From Utricularia gibba (taxonomy: Eukaryota > Plantae > Magnoliophyta): 64,000 nt of DNA. The notes under the pieces were generated by a model, which saw only the letters and a list, made by a program, of their open reading frames with translations, was not told the origin of the DNA and did no database searches. Made by a program: the position numbers and the translations under genes. Positions 12,700 to 24,199 of the stretch are shown here, in pieces. Positions within the stretch are counted from its first letter, which is position 1. Each line of letters opens with the position of its first letter. Where the stretch lies: contig NEEC01000004.1 in the NCBI GenBank assembly GCA_002189035.1, forward strand, positions 3,410,001 through 3,474,000, written 5' to 3'.

Positions 12700-13010
12700 G
12701 AGTAAAGTATGGTACATGCACATGTAGAAAGTGAAAAAATTTTGGGGTTCCATGTTCACATGCCCAACAAGCTTGCAAGAAACTAGAAGTTAACTCACAA
12801 GTATTCATCAATCCTCTATTTTCACTTGAAAGGCAGATTAATGAATATCATACGCAATTTCAATCATTGTGGGCAGAATTTCAATGAGCATCCTTACCAT
12901 TAGAGCTGGTGCATGATCCATCCCAGAAAAAGCCAACCAAGTCGGGTCAGAGAAGAACTATTCAATCTTCAATGACAATGGATATGGGACGAACAAGACG
13001 AAGTTTGAGA
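12700..13010 (+). pseudogene. Second MuDR transposase fragment (SWIM zinc finger region)
   Basis: GTCTCRK*KNFGVPCSHAQQACKKLEVNSQVFINPLFSLERQINEY. Confidence 0.75.
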
Positions 13011-14006
13011 AATAATCAAGGAGTTGTATCACCGATGCAAGACATACACTCAAGTCAATTGATAACATATAAATTTTCCTATTTTTAAGATAAAAAATTA
13101 TGTTTTTGAATCATGTTTTAAGTATTTATCTAATTGTTTTAGTGTTTTACTAAAATTTAGGACATGATATGATTTTGTATGTTAAAAAGCTAAATCAAGA
13201 TTTAACCCATTCCATATTATTAACACTTTTTCTATTCCAGAAGCAAAGTTCTCAAACATGGAAGAGATAGAAATTTCATGAAAATAGAGATTTAAAAAAA
13301 TGGACAGCATTAAAAGAGGTGACATAATGCATTGTTCTACTACCCGTAGTCAGCAGGTTCAGACCAAGAACAGTACGGATGTTAGTAACAATGTAATAAC
13401 TTTGAAAAATGGAAAAAAAGAAGTGAAGATATTTTTGGAGAGAGAGAGAAGCAAAAAAAACATGACTAGACTCCAAGAGGCAGAGAGGAAACACGAAGGA
13501 AGAAAGAGATGATTTTCCGGAAGAAAAATCTTAAATGTGAATAATAAGTACCGTAACCCAGTTTCGCACTACTGTTCTATGCTGTGAATAGTAGCAAATG
13601 GAAACAGAACACTTTATTTGCTTAATTTGCTCAACACTTTACTTTCGTTTACTACTTTTTTCACAATGTTTGGGATATTCTCTTCAATTTATGACTATGA
13701 AATTTTACTTAATTTTCCATACATTAGTAACTATATCTTAGGGATGCTTTAGCACATCTCCAATCATAGACGGATGGACTATTAGTAAAATAATTTTCAT
13801 ATCATTATTTTATTTTATCAAATAGTATTCTTTTACTTATTAATAGTTCATCCGTCCCTTATACAATAATATACGATCATTGTAGGATTTAAACTTATTA
13901 ATAATATAAATCAATTTATTAATAAAAGAAGAATGTCATAAAAAAACTGCATTAATAAAAATATAGAAACAAAATACAATTTTCATCATTGACTCCCAAA
14001 CCTAGC

Positions 14007-15223
14007 TCAAATATGTTCAACTAAATCATTCTTAAGTCGCTGATGCATAATGTAATCTTGAGATTGAGCTATTCGAAGAAGAAATGAATTCATGTTGAGC
14101 TCTACATTGGAATGGAATATTGGTTCCTCAACTCTCACTTGATCATATTGAGCTTCAGCATTAGCAACAGGAATAGTATGACTTTCATCTTCAACAATCA
14201 TATTATATAGTATAATGCATGCATACATAATATCAGCAAGTGTGTCTCAATCCCACACTCTTGCCAATAGCAAACTAACTTTGTAATATACTAAAAGCTC
14301 GTTCCACATTCTTCCACGTGCTCTCTTGGCGTTTAGCATACTCTTTCCTTTTGGAACCTTGGGGTAGTGTGATTGATTTCACAAATATAGGCCAATCAGG
14401 ATAAATGCTATTAGTTAAATAATATCCAAAAAAATACGTGTGCCATTCACTTTGAATTGAACTCTTGGGGAAATACCGTGATGAAAATCTTATAATAAAG
14501 GATAATGAAATAATATATTCAAATCATTATTTGAGTTTGGCATTCCAAAGAAGGCATGCCAAATCCAGATGTTAGCAGAAGCAACAGCCTCTAACATCAA
14601 AGTTGGTTTTCGATGGTGTCCACATGAATATAATCCTTGCCATGCAATAGTAAAATTCTTTCATTCCCAATGCATACAATCTACACTACCAAACATGCCA
14701 AGAAATCCATAAGTCTCCTCAAAGGTTAGTAAACGTTGCATGTCCTTCACAGTTGGAGCTCTCATGTATTGCTCCTCAAAATTTAAGCGAATGCCTAAAA
14801 CAAAATGATGTAGGCACTCGAGTGCAGTGGTCTCCCCTATACGTATATACTCATCCACAAAATCAGCAACTACACCTATATGCTATCATATGAATAGCAG
14901 TTGTGCATTTTTGGAGGCTTGAAAAACTTACCCGACTAGTAGCATCAATTTTATCTTGAAAAAAAAGATCAGAGTGTTGGAGAGCATTAACAATCCGTAG
15001 GAATAGAGGACATCACATGCGAAATCGCCTCCAAAATATGTATTCATTATATGTAGATTGATTCAAAAAATAATCTTGATATAACCTAAGCATGACCAGT
15101 TTCACATTCACGCTCAATGTAACGACAAGATGCTAGACGTTTTTGAGATCCTTCTTCACCATTTACATAATTATTTAAAATATGATTGTATCCTACTTGA
15201 GCTATCCCTTCAAAGTCCATCAT
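14007..15223 (-). pseudogene. Harbinger DDE transposase (HARBI1/Plant_tran type)
   Basis: DEYIRIGETTALECL...GFLGMFGSVDCMHWE*KN...PTLMLEAVAS.NIWIWHAFFG...CIILYNMIVEDE...RLKNDLVEHI. Confidence 0.9.
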
Positions 15224-15589
15224 AGCACCTGAAATGAAGAATAGAAAGTTTGGATGATTTATGAAAAGAGATAAAATATAAGTGTAGAGACACAAATATG
15301 ATAAGAATCACATAGTCTTTTATAGATTCAATTTGTAAATTATGTTACTTTAAAATATTTTATAGCTTTAAAATATTCTGCACCTTGAAAATATTCTATA
15401 GCTTTAAAATATTCGATTTTTTATATTATTATATAACTTTAAAATATTCCATTTTTATATTATATGCAATTCTAACGTATTTTTCAATGAAAATAGTAAT
15501 TTTATAGATACAAAATATATTACTTGTACATAAAACATAATTTTTTTCCTACATAAATACAATACAAAAACTAAAAGTAGTAAATTGGG

Positions 15590-17650
15590 TCTGAATTACT
15601 TAAACCATCTCCCAAGTTCACAACATATTCAGCACCTACTTGACTATGATCACTTTGTATTGTTTCAGAAGCAGTAGAATTCATATTTGATAGAAATTGC
15701 GTCATGTCTATTCATTGTTGCGTTGTACAAGTTACTTTGCTCAATGGTGCAATCATCCAACTTTAGAGAACAGAGCTTCTTAACTTCCTTTAATGTTTGA
15801 AGTTCATTATACCTATCCCACACTCTAGTTTAAGATTGAAAAGCATCCTGTAGTCCAGCAACATGTCCAATGTATTTACTGAGTTCTAAGTCTGGGTTAG
15901 TTTAAATCCATAGGACGCACATCATGTTGTGTCTCTGGAGTTTCCATTTCTTTCTCTACTTCATTCTCATTACGTCTTTTCTTGCCTGAATTCTTGTTTC
16001 CAAGATTCATGGATTTTCACATAAAACTAATATAAACAAACTTAAACAAACACTGTTTTCCACTTTGGTTCCTCAACAAATTTTAATTTAGAAAAACATA
16101 AAACAAAATGAAATGTAGTATGAGCATCGATCTCAAATAGTTGAGTTTTACGAAAAATGTTTTATAGAAAACTTTTACAAATTGTCATGGGTTTGTAAAA
16201 TAGGGTTTTTGAAGTATATAAATAAAAGTTACAATGCAAGTAATGGACCTTGAATAAGGATTGCAGTTCTTGGAAAATGGATTTTGTTTCCTTCTTTTGT
16301 CTATACTTGCATCACCTTTCATTGATTCCTTCCGAATAATTGGTTATAAGAGCAAGGAATAGCCTACTCTCCCTTACACTCTAATTGGCAAGGAGGCACA
16401 GGAATAGCCTCATGTGATTGCCGTCGATTGCCTTCAAAACCGAATTGTGTGAGTGTGCCAAATGTTTTCAATGATTAATGCTCTTCACTCTAATTGCCGT
16501 CGATATGAGGTCACTATCTGTCCATTGTCACGGTACCCTCAGTCACAAAACATTTGCTACTTTTCTCAAACTGGAAAGGGTTGGAGATGGTGTTCTTCAC
16601 CTTGCTCTTCATCAAAATCCGTAAGAAGTGGCCTACTACTTATGGACTATGATTAGAAGTCGTTACAGAAAGACTGCAATAAGACGCATGGAAGTATGCA
16701 AAATCCGAAAAAATTTCAGTAAAGAGACAAGATTAATGCTCGAGACATGAAAGTAACTTCATCTATTCCTATAAACTAAGAGTTTTAGTCATGAATGGCT
16801 ATGAAAACAGAAAACGAAATAAAAAGCTAAATTGTTCTTCCTCCCTTAAAGGAGAGTAAGAATCAAAAGTTTTAAGTGCCAAGAGAAAGTGTCAAGAGTA
16901 CGAAAAAAAGTGTTCTAAATTGGTTTTATCTCACTTTCCACGTGCATTAACTCTTCCTACACCCCGTCCATCATTCTTTGTGTCTTGCGTGGACCAATAG
17001 TTTTCTCATACGTGCAAGTAAGTGTCTAATCATTGCTACAGAGTCTGACATGTTGTAAGTCAAAGGTCTTGAATAGTGTCAGTCTTCCGTCCACAATTGT
17101 TTCAAGTCGTGTGCAAGGCACGAAACGTCAGAGTCTGGTTTCCTACGACCACTCCTCGATTGCCTCCTGGCATTTGGGCTGAAAGTACACAAAAAACAAA
17201 GCAAAATATGTACAAAATAGAAAAATAAGATTTTTCTAAAAAAATCAATTATTTATCAATATGACTACTAATTTGGATGAATTAATATTAGATTACCACC
17301 TAATAATACATAATAAACAATTAGAAAATGACACTTAACATCCTTTCTCAAAATTTCCCAACAGCCCAAATAACCAAAATCCTTCTCTATCTGTTGCTTG
17401 AAGAGGGTTGCAGCATCACGTTTATAGTCATGTTCATTCATTCCACTTGTTGCCCTACCTGAGACCTGACTATAACAACCAGCAAACTTTTGGACATCTT
17501 AATTCAAGTTGCTCCATTTTTTCCTCAAAGCATCAATATCACGATGTCTCCCAACTCCTGTATCAGAATAATAAGTAGCAACTCTTGCCTAAAACGAGTC
17601 TACCTTCTGCGAATTTCCACTTATAGGATCAATAATAGCATTCAACCAAG
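15590..17650 (-). pseudogene. Harbinger ORF1 (Myb/SANT-like, NAM-associated type), split by a solo LTR
   Basis: VSAWLNAIIDPISGNSQKVDSF*ARV...LRKKWSNLN*DVQKFAGCYSQV...SGMNE...LGCWEILRK | EPKW...DVRPM. LRKEPKW is restored when 16074-17340 is removed. Confidence 0.8.
16074..17340. mobile_element. Solo LTR related to 7263-8604, 5' terminus trimmed
   Basis: Shares CTCCCTTACACTCT...GGCAC.GGAATAGCC, GAGGTCACTA.CTGTCCATTG, GTTACAGAAAGAC and the ACACTTAACA end with the 7263-8604 LTR. Confidence 0.8.
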
Positions 17651-17823
17651 CTGAAACTACCCAAAAAACATCTACAATAATGATAACATAAATATCATAA
17701 TATAAATACAAAACAACCAATATTCTACTTAGAGCTACAAGTGATAAAGTAGTATTAATTGAATCATAAATAAATATATGGTAATCATATCACGTCAATA
17801 ATTCTATCCTTCAAAGCTACCAA

Positions 17824-18200
17824 AAATGATTTAATTAACCTCATACACAAACAAATTTACAAAACTAAAACTACTTATGTATACAAAACAAATTTACACA
17901 ACCACTAAATAATCATTTAATCAACTTACTACAAATACTCATAAATTGACCATTTACTTGAAAAAAAAATCAAAACATCTACTCCATACACAAACAATTC
18001 AAGAAAGTTATCTAAAAATGATTTAACCAATTTTATACAACTACTCACAAACTGAATCATTTACTTGAAAATTAAAAATAATTCATATTCAAACAATTAC
18101 AAAAAAAGTGCCAATAAATCATTTAATCAACTTCTTTCAACTACTCATAAAATGAATTATTTTCTTAAAAACTAACATTGCTTCTTTATACAATAAATCT
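17824..18200. repeat. About 4 degenerate 86-106 bp tandem units inside the Harbinger element
   Basis: AAAT(C/G)ATTTAA.CAA... units begin at about 17824, 17910, 18016 and 18116. Confidence 0.6.
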
Positions 18201-21005
18201 AAAAAACCACCTTGAATCATTAAATACATTTACCTCAATTGCTTTAGTGAAACTTCCAATTAAATATTAGAGTCACTTGTCTATAGTAGCCAAAGGTCTT
18301 TCGGATGAACAAAATTTATTCCGTGAATGAGAAATCCTAGATCTGTAAGTACAAGTAATAAAGCATGAAACACAATGTAATTACAAACTAAAATGTCAAA
18401 GAATAGAAATCAAAGAGAAGCCCAAACCATCATCGATTCAATATCATTGTCTACACTTGGATAGGGTTTTGAAATATATTGGGTATAGATCTGAGAAGAC
18501 AATTTTTAGGTGGAGAAACAAAAATGGTGCCAATAAAGAAGAAAGAAGTGATTAGTTTGCGGGAAAAGAGTGGTATTTGTCCGATGGATGTTCGACGGAA
18601 GTTTTCGTGTTGAAAAGGGTGGATGCATAAAAAAAATTTATAACTATGAATAGACAGAAATAAAGGAGGATGGACAATTAATAATGGTACGACATCGTTT
18701 TGTACGCCTATTGTTGAAGATGCCCTTAATATATAGCGTGGTGGTGTGGGGTTAAGGTCCATCGGAGATTTGATCATTGTTTCTTAACAATTGTTTCTAT
18801 CATTCCTTGGATAGATAAAAGGGGGGGGGGAATAAGTAGCTTCACAATTTCGATGTTTGATTTAAAGTTGGACTAATAAATCAAGATGGAGACAGTAGGT
18901 ATTAGTCCAAGGTAGAACCAATATAACCGAATAGACCTAGTTCTATATACTTTGCATGCGGGTAGATTTAATTGTGAAATTGGTGATAATATTGGAGACT
19001 ATCTTAACGAAAAACATGATGAATGACCTAGATAGACTTAGGTTATTTGGATTTGTGAGTATATGAGCATAGTAAATTAAATTAGACATCTTAGCATCAT
19101 ATCATCTGCATACCATTGATCTTAGTATTACTTTATATTAGAACCAGTATATGTTATTGTCAGCATTGAGACTTAATCTTATTTAGTGAACTTACCTTCT
19201 ATTGTTAGTTTGAGCTTAGACTAAAAACACCATTTATTCAGAATTCTGTATCTTCTAAAATACTTTATAAGCACCAGCTCTTTATGATCTATCTCAAATT
19301 ACATTTTACATTTTGTGTTTAATTTGTATTTTATAAGGATTAGGGATTATAAATTTATTTGATACAATTAAATAGCATCGGAACATCTAGTCAACCCATA
19401 GGTCATCGTGATTCGATACCTAATAATTTATTTCATCGAAAAAAATAAAAGTTATTGTATTATAGAAATTGTTTAACATGTTTTTTTATGAATTTCGAAA
19501 AATTAAATATTTCATTGATAAGGTTGATGAGGGATAATTAATTAAATAACATGATTTAAAAAATTTATTGATATATAAACTTATTTGATATATATTAGTC
19601 AAATATCTTAATTTTATTTTTTTATTTTTTAAATAATATTACTTTTTGGATATCATATTTTCATAATAAACTATATCATACTTTTATTTATAAAGAATAT
19701 AAATATAAACTTATATATGCATATATATAATTAATATTTCGAATTAATATTTTTTTCATATAAAAATTACAATTAATGAAAATGAATTGAAATTTCAATA
19801 TTTTAATTACTTATTTCAAGTTTTTTATTTTCTTTTTGAATTAATTTGAATTTTATAAAAACATATAATTTATATCGAAGTGGAATCAAACTCTTAAGTT
19901 ATGAGTTAAAAAAGCACAAAAATATCAATTAAGCTACAAACATTTCAATTGTTATATAACACAGATGTGGCTTACACTATTTACTACATGGGCATGGGTT
20001 AATCATAAAGCATATGTTATTTTAATATGTATTTGTATAGTTTAATTGATATTATTGTATTTTTTAAATCCTTAAATTAAGGGTTTGATTCCAATTCTAT
20101 ATAAATGATATGTTTTTATAAAATTGAAATTAATTCAAAAAGAAAATTACAAACTTAAAATAATTAATTAAAATATTGAATCTTTAATTAATTTACATTC
20201 ATTTTATGAATATTAATACAAAATCAAAATATCAATTATACATATATCAATTTTTATTGTGTTAATTATGTGATACAAATAAATGATACGCAATATAAAT
20301 TTAAAATAAATAATCGATTCAAAATATTCCAAATAATTATATGATGTATAATAAAAATTTAAAATAAAAAATATTCATTCAATCAAAATAAGACTTAAGG
20401 ATCGAATACATAATACAAATTTGAAAAAAAATAACATTTGATACAAATAATATATAAAGAATCAATGCATAATATAAATTTAAAAGAAAATTAATATATA
20501 TTTGATTCGGTGAAAATCCTTTTTTCTTTGATGTCATATTTTTTTTTTATTTTCAACTCATATATCTATTTTATTTATTTATATACTTTTTATAAACATA
20601 ATTTTGTTAAATATTGTAAGTCATTATTTTTATATTGATAAAGAATTAAAATACAATAATTTTAGTTATTGAAATTAATAAAAATTAAAAAATAATAATA
20701 AGGGGTAATTTTTTCACATACAAACCCACAGGTTATATTTCTTAATTAACTTTTTGACAGTGGGTATGTTTGTAAACAACCCGGTGCATTCACGCTTTTA
20801 AGTTCATGAAATTCAAATATGGTATTGATGTCTTTTTTAAAACGGTATTACTGCTACGCTTGGAAGGTTATAATATGTATTATTTCATGAAATTCAAATA
20901 TAACATACAAAGCCTTTTTTTTTTAATAGAGAAAGAAACATTGTTGCTATTATTGCTGCTCTTGGATGCATACACGGACAACTTGCAAAGAAAAAAAAAA
21001 GCAAC

Positions 21006-23151
21006 TCAGAGGTCTGCCTCCCAATAAGGTGAATCTCTACTGAACAAGCTTCCCAGTTTTACTGGAGAGGGGTTGTCGTGAGCTGATAGCCGTGAAAGGA
21101 TTAGGCGGGCGATGTTCTCTGCAGCCACGGCACTTGTCTCGATGGTGCTAGCAGCGTTCTCAAAGGCATTGATATAGTAGAGATGTTTCCCATCTAAGAT
21201 GAAGGGAGCATACTCCTCCGGTGCATGGTAATGAGGATAGGCACCCCAGTTGATTCTGATGGTCTCCTCTCTTACACTGCAAAAGAAGAGAAACAGTTCA
21301 GAAAAATGAAGACACATTTTTCCTTGTATGTATGTGTGCATGCCATTTTATCTTGTACCTAAACGCATCGTCCAGCAAGGAGTCCAGCATAGGTTGCCGG
21401 GAGAATATCTTGTATGTATTGTCTTTCTCATGCTGCTTAAGGATGCTGATGCTTGTGAATGGTATATCAGCAGATTCTAGAGTGCCCACCAAATCGGGGA
21501 TGTCTGAAGAAGCATCCAAATGAAAATATGCCTGATCAAGAAGCAATGAAAATTTCAGTAATAACTCATAGAGCATGATCCGATAACATGATATGTTGTA
21601 CTCACCGGATTTAATAGTCCCTTAACGAATGTTGCATGTGTATGTTGTAGCTTTCGGGGAGGCAATGATATCTCTGGAGCAAAATGGATGTTAACCTCAT
21701 CCAAGGGTGTAGCGACCACAGCTATATCACAGTTGTAGCTGTTCCCTGTTGATGAATTCATCTGGTAGAAGTCTCCTAGGAAAGATATTGATTCTATTTC
21801 CTCATGAATATGAAGCTCGACGTCCGATCGATTGATCAACCCAGCAGCCAGCTGCCAGTTTCCCCCTCGACAGCCCATAAGCCACTTCCAGACCCAGCCA
21901 GAGAGACAGCACCAGCAAGGCCACTGATGTTCACACTCTGCCCATAATTTATTCTCGTAATGACCTGAAGAGATTAAATGGTGATGATACCAAGGAGGGA
22001 GAAACCGTTATCTAGGAAAATAAAAAAGAATATCTTACAGTAACAAGCTCTTGAATGAGCAAAGGACTAAATCGAAGTTCCATAGATGCCTCTCTTAATG
22101 TTGTCTTAGTCAAATTGTGAAGCCCTGCCCAATGAAGCATTCCTTCCACGGTATCAAAAACAGGACGGATTTTAGGACTTTCATAGTATCTCAGGAAATC
22201 ATTGACTGTCACCTACAGTTAACAGACATAGCCATATCATCACCAAGAACTACAAAGTAAAATCGAATACTCATAGTGTATGACCAAAACACATATTCTG
22301 TCACCTGGGTATTTAAAAATGCTAACAAACACATCAATCTTGATGTACTACGACTAGGAATGAGCATCTCAGCTGCACAATCAGTAAGTTCATGAAGAGG
22401 TAGAAAAAGAAAAGAATAGTCTTCATGATTTGCATGTGAGCAGCATCATTTAACCAAGACTTTGATCTATACAGGCTGAAATATTTGCACATTCATCGTT
22501 TGATCGAAGCTCATGCAAAATGGAAACAGATTTTACATTAGCTAGATACTCGAGCCCAAAATATCGAGAATTCCAGGTATGATCAATGGCACCAAATACG
22601 GGTAGCGAATAAAGACCCAAAGGTTGAGGGGTATGTACCTCGATGAATCTGTTCATCCGCAAAAGAGATAGGAAACCATATCTCAGCATCAGCACAATTG
22701 AATTAGCAATTGACACCAGTGTTTTGATAATCCACAACTTGGAGTTGGAATTGATAGACTTGTAGACAAATTTCTTCCCATCCCAAATCCCGAGCGACAG
22801 AGAATCATCCGCGTGCTTAGGGTATTTCACTTTGAGGTCAAGATACTTGGTAAAATTCAAGGCATGGTAGTTCTTGGGATGCAGGATGGAGCCTCCGGCC
22901 TCGAAAGTGTCCCCTGCTATGGTGACCGTGGCGGTGCGGCCTCCGACGACAGCGTTCCGTTCAAAGACGGTAATCTTCCCTAGTACTCCGGGTTCCGAGT
23001 ATTGCCGGAGAAAATGAGCTGCGGAAGCGCCGCCGATGCCACCGCCCACTATGCAGACCGTGTGGAGATGGGCGTTGGAGAACTGAAGCGGGAACAGAGC
23101 AGTAGACAGTAAGAGGATGATGGTCACACTCAGCCCTCGGCCTTCCTTCAT
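21006..23151 (-). CDS. FCLY: Farnesylcysteine lyase / prenylcysteine oxidase; 5 exons (23151-22639, 22212-22039, 21964-21606, 21531-21359, 21276-21006); apparent -1 frameshift in exon 3
   Basis: Signal peptide, then FAD motif VCIVGGGIGG, FEAGGSILHPKNYH, VITRINYGQSV, GGNWQ, FENAASTIETSAVAAENIARL. All junctions are GT-AG. Confidence 0.93.
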
Positions 23152-24199
23152 TGCTCCTTCCCTCTACCGCGGAACCTCAAACCGTTGACTTAAGCATCCA
23201 TCGTCTAATTCCCAGCATCAGATGAGGCTCTGGTGCTTTGCCGGGTTTTTAGGGCAGGTGGGATGGGCAAACTTAAACTAGCTTTTTAGTAAAATAACCC
23301 CATCCCAAAAATTGATTAACCAAATAGCATTATTTTGTAACTTTTAGTAAACTATATTTTTTAAAATATTTTTTTGTTAAATAATTCTATTTTTTTCTTT
23401 ATATTATATAATATTATATTTTACATAAAAAATTAATTAATTTTATTCATAAAAATGCAAATACAAATACACATATATATATATATGCAAAAATAAATAA
23501 TTTTTTAATTAAAACTATAATTTTAAGTTTATATGAAACTAATATTAATCAAAATATTAAAAAACACATATATAATTTCTTAATAGAATATTTAAATTAA
23601 TTTTATTTTATAAAGAATATAATTTGTAGAAAGAAAAATGGAACTCTTAACTATCAAATTTAAAGAATACAATTTAGTCAATTAAGCTACAATCATGAAT
23701 TATACATAAATATGTTAGTGTGATATTACTGGGGACGTGAATTATGCATACAATTTTCATATTCTATTTATACACGGTTAAGATTTATGCATAATCTATG
23801 TTTATGTGTGATTAATAACCTTTAGTTTTAAATAATTTTCAGTTAGAAAAATGGCTGTTATCACCATGAAAAATTAGGATTTTATTTGTTGCAATCAGAA
23901 ATCAATTTTATTGAAATGAATCATTTTCAAGTTAAGAGACCAATGTGTTCATAGTCGATTTATGACTTTTTTGGCTTGCAGATTCTTATTATGGTGAAGG
24001 GATTTTATTTTTTGCAATTAGAAATTAATTAAAACGAGGACGATATCTCGTGATTTTATTAATATGTCCTCACTTGTGGTAGATGAATACCATATTATAA
24101 AATAGAAATTACAAAATGAAATCAACCCAAATGTTGATACTTATGAAGAATCAACTTACTAATTTAAATTGAATAAAAATATAAATATAAAAAATAAAA

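Larger units (their letters stand above)
13752..18725 (-). mobile_element. PIF/Harbinger DNA transposon, two-ORF type, decayed
   Basis: Imperfect TIRs GCACATCTCCAATCATAG and (reverse complement) GGGCATCTTCAACAATAG. TTA target-site duplication at 13749-13751 and 18726-18728. Contains a transposase and a Myb/SANT-like ORF. Confidence 0.88.
13060..19478 (+). mobile_element. Athila-like solo LTR split in two (13060-13748 and 18729 to about 19478) by a Harbinger insertion
   Basis: Starts TGATAACATATAAATTTTCC. Both halves align in order to the reverse complement of the 41537-42783 LTR (TTCCATACATTAGTAACTA before the break; TCATTGTTTCTT...AATAAGTAGCTT...GTATTAGTCCAAGGTAGAAC after). Right end approximate, no TSD found. 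Confidence 0.7.

Noticed and set aside
23249-23275. TAGGGCAGGTGGGATGGG as the missing left hAT TIR
   Set aside because: Poor match to the right TIR, and the flank does not duplicate GTCACAAT.
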